From the NCBI GenBank assembly GCA_964633865.1, contig CAZWIJ010000002.1:628-64627 (forward strand): DNA of 64,000 bases. The letters are read 5' to 3'. Shown here one piece after another: positions 60,672 to 64,000 of the stretch. The notes under the pieces are model-generated. The model saw only the letters and a program-made list of their open reading frames with translations, did not search any database and was not told the DNA's origin. The stretch is from an uncultured Candidatus Saccharibacteria bacterium. Its GTDB lineage: Bacteria > Patescibacteriota > Minisyncoccia > SW-4-49-11. The stretch's first letter is position 1. Each line of letters begins with the position of its first letter. The position numbers and the translations under genes are program-made.

Positions 60672-61991
60672 ATGAAAGTACTTGTAATTAACTCTCCCTT
60701 ATTTATTAATTCTATTGAAAACTACTCTGACGATTCTTTACCTCCTTTAGGTTTAGGATATATCGTAAATGAATTAAAAAAGATTAAATTAGATGTTATA
60801 TTTCTAGATGCATTTAATAAAAATTTGTGTGTAACTCAAATTTTAGAACACATATTAATAATTAACCCACAATACATAATTTTAAATGTATTTTCTGTTA
60901 ATTTATTAGTTGTGAAAGAGATAATTAAACAATCTCCAGAAAATATTCAATTTATATTGGGAGGTGGAACTCAAGATATATATAAAGACATATTTAATTG
61001 GGATGATATATATCATAAAATTGACATTATAGTAGGTGAAGGAGAGATTATTGTTCCTCTTATAATTCAATCTTCTGACTCTATTATTCATAATTTTTAT
61101 AAAGTAAACAAAAGAGTCATTATTATAAATAATAATTCTGAATATTTCCCAAAAGATTTATCAAAATATGAAGTAGATCACTCTATATTTGAAAATGAAC
61201 CATTATTTCATCACCATGGACTCTGGGAAGCTTATATTACAACTAATAGAGGTTGTATATATAGTTGTGCATTCTGTGGATCTGCCAGATCTATGAATTC
61301 GCATATTTTAGTTAGAGAAAGGAATATTCCTTCGATTAGAAATGAGCTAAATACACTTCTATTTAATCATCCTAACATTCAAACTATTAGAATCTTAGAT
61401 GACTTATTTCTTAAAGATAGACTTAGTGTAATAAAAGCTTCTCAGATATTTGAAGGATTTAATTTATCATGGAGAGCAATGGCACATATATTATCTGTAT
61501 CTAACCTCAATTCAGAAGAAATTATAGATTTAAAAAAATCTGGTTGTAGAGAATTGTTTATAGGTATAGAATCAGGCTCTCAAGATATACTAAAAATGAT
61601 CCACAAAGTAACTAATATAGGATTAATAAGAAAAACTATATGCAGACTTATGGATATAGGTATAAATGTTAAAGGATTTTTCATTGTAGGATTTCCTAAT
61701 GAATCTTATAATGATGCTGTAAAAACTTTAGAGTTAGCTATCTTTCTAAAAAAATATTCTCAAAATGTATATGGTAATTTTAGAACAAGTGTATTTCAAT
61801 TTAGACCTTATGCAGGAACTGAACTATATAATAAATTAATGTTAGAAAACATTAATTATAAAATTAATTTAGATCTTTCCGCAACTATAGGTAGACATCA
61901 ATTTAATACAAGTTCAGATAACTATTCTTTTATAGATACCTTAGATCTGCAACAAATTATTAAAGAAATTAATGATCTTAATCAATGTTAA
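60672..61991 (+). CDS. B12-binding-domain radical SAM protein
   Basis: Cx3Cx2C motif NRGCIYSCAFCGS. N-terminal Rossmann-like B12-binding-type domain (MKVLVINSPLF...). Start placed at the MKVLVIN Met; the ORF track starts at 60615. Confidence 0.6.
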   Translation: MKVLVINSPLFINSIENYSDDSLPPLGLGYIVNELKKIKLDVIFLDAFNKNLCVTQILEHILIINPQYIILNVFSVNLLVVKEIIKQSPENIQFILGGGTQDIYKDIFNWDDIYHKIDIIVGEGEIIVPLIIQSSDSIIHNFYKVNKRVIIINNNSEYFPKDLSKYEVDHSIFENEPLFHHHGLWEAYITTNRGCIYSCAFCGSARSMNSHILVRERNIPSIRNELNTLLFNHPNIQTIRILDDLFLKDRLSVIKASQIFEGFNLSWRAMAHILSVSNLNSEEIIDLKKSGCRELFIGIESGSQDILKMIHKVTNIGLIRKTICRLMDIGINVKGFFIVGFPNESYNDAVKTLELAIFLKKYSQNVYGNFRTSVFQFRPYAGTELYNKLMLENINYKINLDLSATIGRHQFNTSSDNYSFIDTLDLQQIIKEINDLNQC

Positions 61992-62449
61992 TACTATGGG
62001 TAGGATTATCAGCTAAATATTCTAAAGCTGGGGGAATTCTTCCTGCATTAGATACCTCTACATTATCAGGTAAATTAGTATCAGAAATTGAGTTGTCTTT
62101 ACCACAATATACTTTTAAAAGAGTTAATTTAGTATCTTTTCCACCTTTAAATAAAGACGGAAAATTAAGGTATCCAACAATATCTGAATGTAATAACGAG
62201 TTTTCTAATTTCTGGACTAACTTACAAAATACAAAACCTAAAATAATATTTATGTTAGGTGATAGAGTTTCTAAATATTTGATTAAAAAGATAGATATGC
62301 AATTATTTGAAAAGAATATCTATTTATTTAATCAAATATACTTTATATCAATTGAACATCCTTCTTATATAATGGTTTATAAAAAACAATATAAGCAAAT
62401 TTATATTGATAAAATAAATCAACTTACAACTAAATTTTATTCAAGATAA
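61985..62449 (+). CDS. Hypothetical protein, possibly uracil-DNA-glycosylase-superfamily fold
   Basis: C-terminal SIEHPSYIMVY resembles UDG motif B (HPS...). N-terminal WVGLSAKYSKAGGILP loosely resembles motif A. Overlaps the radical SAM gene by 7 nt. Confidence 0.3.
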   Translation: MLILWVGLSAKYSKAGGILPALDTSTLSGKLVSEIELSLPQYTFKRVNLVSFPPLNKDGKLRYPTISECNNEFSNFWTNLQNTKPKIIFMLGDRVSKYLIKKIDMQLFEKNIYLFNQIYFISIEHPSYIMVYKKQYKQIYIDKINQLTTKFYSR

Positions 62450-62620
62450 TGATAAATATCATTATCTTTTATTTTTATTTAAATTGATAATATAATTAAA
62501 AAGGTCAATTAAAATAATATAACTGACCTAAAATTAAATTTTTATGATAAAGTATAAACTAACAAATTATCTAATCTTGATAATAAAAAATTAATATTAA
62601 TCAAATTTATATAGATAACC

Positions 62621-63205
62621 TTAACTTTTCAATGACATTATAATTTCATAAATATCATCTGTTACTTGTGAAATTTGCTTTGTATTTTCAATCCAAACAA
62701 CATTCCATCCTTTAGACTTCAAAAATTCACTTGCTTCTTCAGTATATTGAATTTCTTTAACCCTTATTTCAGATTTTTTCAATCTACTTAGCGATAATCT
62801 AGATTCAAGCCTTTGATTTCTTATATTATCGTCAACAGTTATAATTATAGTTATATTTGGTACTAAAAAGTGTTCGTTTTTCGACCAAATATATTCTAAG
62901 TCTAGACCATCTAATCTTTGAAAAACTAAAGAAGATAGTACATATCTATCAGATATAATTATATTTCCTTCTTTTATCGAGGGAAGAATCTGTCTTTCAA
63001 TGTGATTTTTTCTGTCATCTAAAAGTAATTTAAATAAATTATTACCAAATATAATATCCTCATTTCTTAATTCAAAATCAGATGTAGGCTCTTTCGTAAA
63101 AATAACTTTATTATTAAATCTAAGTTTTAAATTTTGAATTATACTTGACTTACCAACACCACTAGCTCCTTCAATAGCAACAAATAAACCTTTTGTAAAA
63201 TTCAT
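62621..63205 (-). CDS. tmk: dTMP (thymidylate) kinase-like nucleoside monophosphate kinase
   Basis: P-loop VAIEGASGVGKSS. DRYVLSSLVFQ (the DRY..S..AYQ-type motif). Confidence 0.6.
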   Translation of the reverse strand: MNFTKGLFVAIEGASGVGKSSIIQNLKLRFNNKVIFTKEPTSDFELRNEDIIFGNNLFKLLLDDRKNHIERQILPSIKEGNIIISDRYVLSSLVFQRLDGLDLEYIWSKNEHFLVPNITIIITVDDNIRNQRLESRLSLSRLKKSEIRVKEIQYTEEASEFLKSKGWNVVWIENTKQISQVTDDIYEIIMSLKS

Positions 63206-63370
63206 CTTATCCTTTTATGAAAATTATGTGTTTACAAATTAAGTTTACCTTATTTCTTGTTTTTTGTAAATAATATATATTTAATACTTATTTCATTAGT
63301 TCTTTTACTCTCTCTAATCCATCAAAAGCAATATGATAAATTAAATTGGCATCTCCATTTTCTGGTAACT

Positions 63371-63619
63371 CTAAACTAAATTTTTATTTATATTCCTGAT
63401 GTTTTCTTGAATCAAAAAATCCTTGTATTTTTTCTGAAAAGAATTATAACTTAGAAATCCCACTATACATACCTTAATTTGTTCTATCTTTTCTGCTTCT
63501 TTATTAAAAATAATTATATCATTTAGATTAAGTTGCTGTCTTTTTTCATCGAATAATCTAAGTTCAATAGTCTTTGATCCATTTTTTATTTTATCAAAGT
63601 ATTCAGCTTGTAAGTTCAT
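63371..63619 (-). CDS. ASCH-domain protein (82 aa as called; possibly truncated or frameshifted at the C-terminus)
   Basis: EYFDKIKNGSKTIELRLFDEKRQQLNLNDIIIF matches the ASCH N-terminal beta-barrel motif (..i..GkKt.E.R). Confidence 0.45.
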   Translation of the reverse strand: MNLQAEYFDKIKNGSKTIELRLFDEKRQQLNLNDIIIFNKEAEKIEQIKVCIVGFLSYNSFQKKYKDFLIQENIRNINKNLV

Positions 63620-63654
63620 TTGGATTTTACTAATATATTTCTATTGATTTACTT

Positions 63655-63978
63655 CTACTCTTTTGTCCATATTCTTTTGTTATTTATTTCTTCTTTATCT
63701 CGAAAAGCTTTCTCCAAATCAATATTGTATTGGTTTGCGATTGTGCAAATATAAATAAAAACATCAGCAACCTCTTCCTCTATATTATGAATATCTGAAT
63801 TACTATCTGTTCTCATCTTTTCAGTTTTTCTGATAGCTTTGAATAACTCTCCAATTTCTTCACCAAGCATTAATGAATTTTGTAATACAGTGTTTTTGGT
63901 AAATCCTCTTTCTCTTATCATATCTCTGACATAGTATTGAAAATCACTGAGTTTTGGATCTTTTTTTAGATTTGGCAT
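63655..63978 (-). CDS. MazG-like nucleotide pyrophosphohydrolase (all-alpha NTP-PPase)
   Basis: GEEIGELFKAIRK and EEVADVFIYICTIANQYNIDLEKAF are the two EExxE/D metal-binding helices of the MazG family. Confidence 0.55.
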   Translation of the reverse strand: MPNLKKDPKLSDFQYYVRDMIRERGFTKNTVLQNSLMLGEEIGELFKAIRKTEKMRTDSNSDIHNIEEEVADVFIYICTIANQYNIDLEKAFRDKEEINNKRIWTKE

Positions 63979-64000
63979 AAAAATATATATTATAAATAAA

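Overview
The window is an AT-rich (roughly 30% GC), gene-dense bacterial chromosomal segment with short intergenic spacers. Its gene content is consistent with a reduced-genome Patescibacteria/CPR-like organism; this is an inference from the sequence, not a database result.

Core housekeeping is well represented. There is a ribosomal str/S10/spc-type cluster from tuf through rplO and secY on the minus strand, with no L30 gene and a zinc-type S14. Other housekeeping genes are gatC-gatA, gatB, gyrA, serS, dnaX, murB, recA, rpoD, dnaG, gpmA, pepA and tmk. Two tRNAs are present: tRNA-His(GTG) with an 8-bp acceptor stem, and tRNA-Lys(CTT).

Interleaved with these are accessory or novel regions:

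- A tightly packed minus-strand operon at 14688-22449. It holds an internally duplicated (tandem-fused) GspE/PilB-type secretion ATPase of 1001 aa. It also holds two paralogous genes in which a VirB2/TrbC-like two-helix hairpin is fused to a peptidoglycan-lytic domain, one Rpf-like transglycosylase and one RlpA-type DPBB. Alongside are two Cys-rich secreted proteins sharing a conserved C-terminal transmembrane plus basic tail, and a YibE/F-like permease.
- A nearby tandem array of four small paralogous pilin-like proteins (25057-27588) surrounding the tRNA-Lys gene.
- A MazF/PemK-like toxin gene embedded between GC-rich structured direct repeats in the serS-pilin spacer.
- Two promoter-duplicated RlpA-like genes.
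- Tandemly duplicated secreted paralogs with gene-conversion tracts.
- A DnaG primase whose zinc-ribbon has lost all four metal ligands.
- A distal cluster of a B12-binding radical-SAM protein, a UDG-like protein, dTMP kinase, an ASCH protein and a MazG-like protein.

All calls are from reading the translations and sequence directly. No searches were run.
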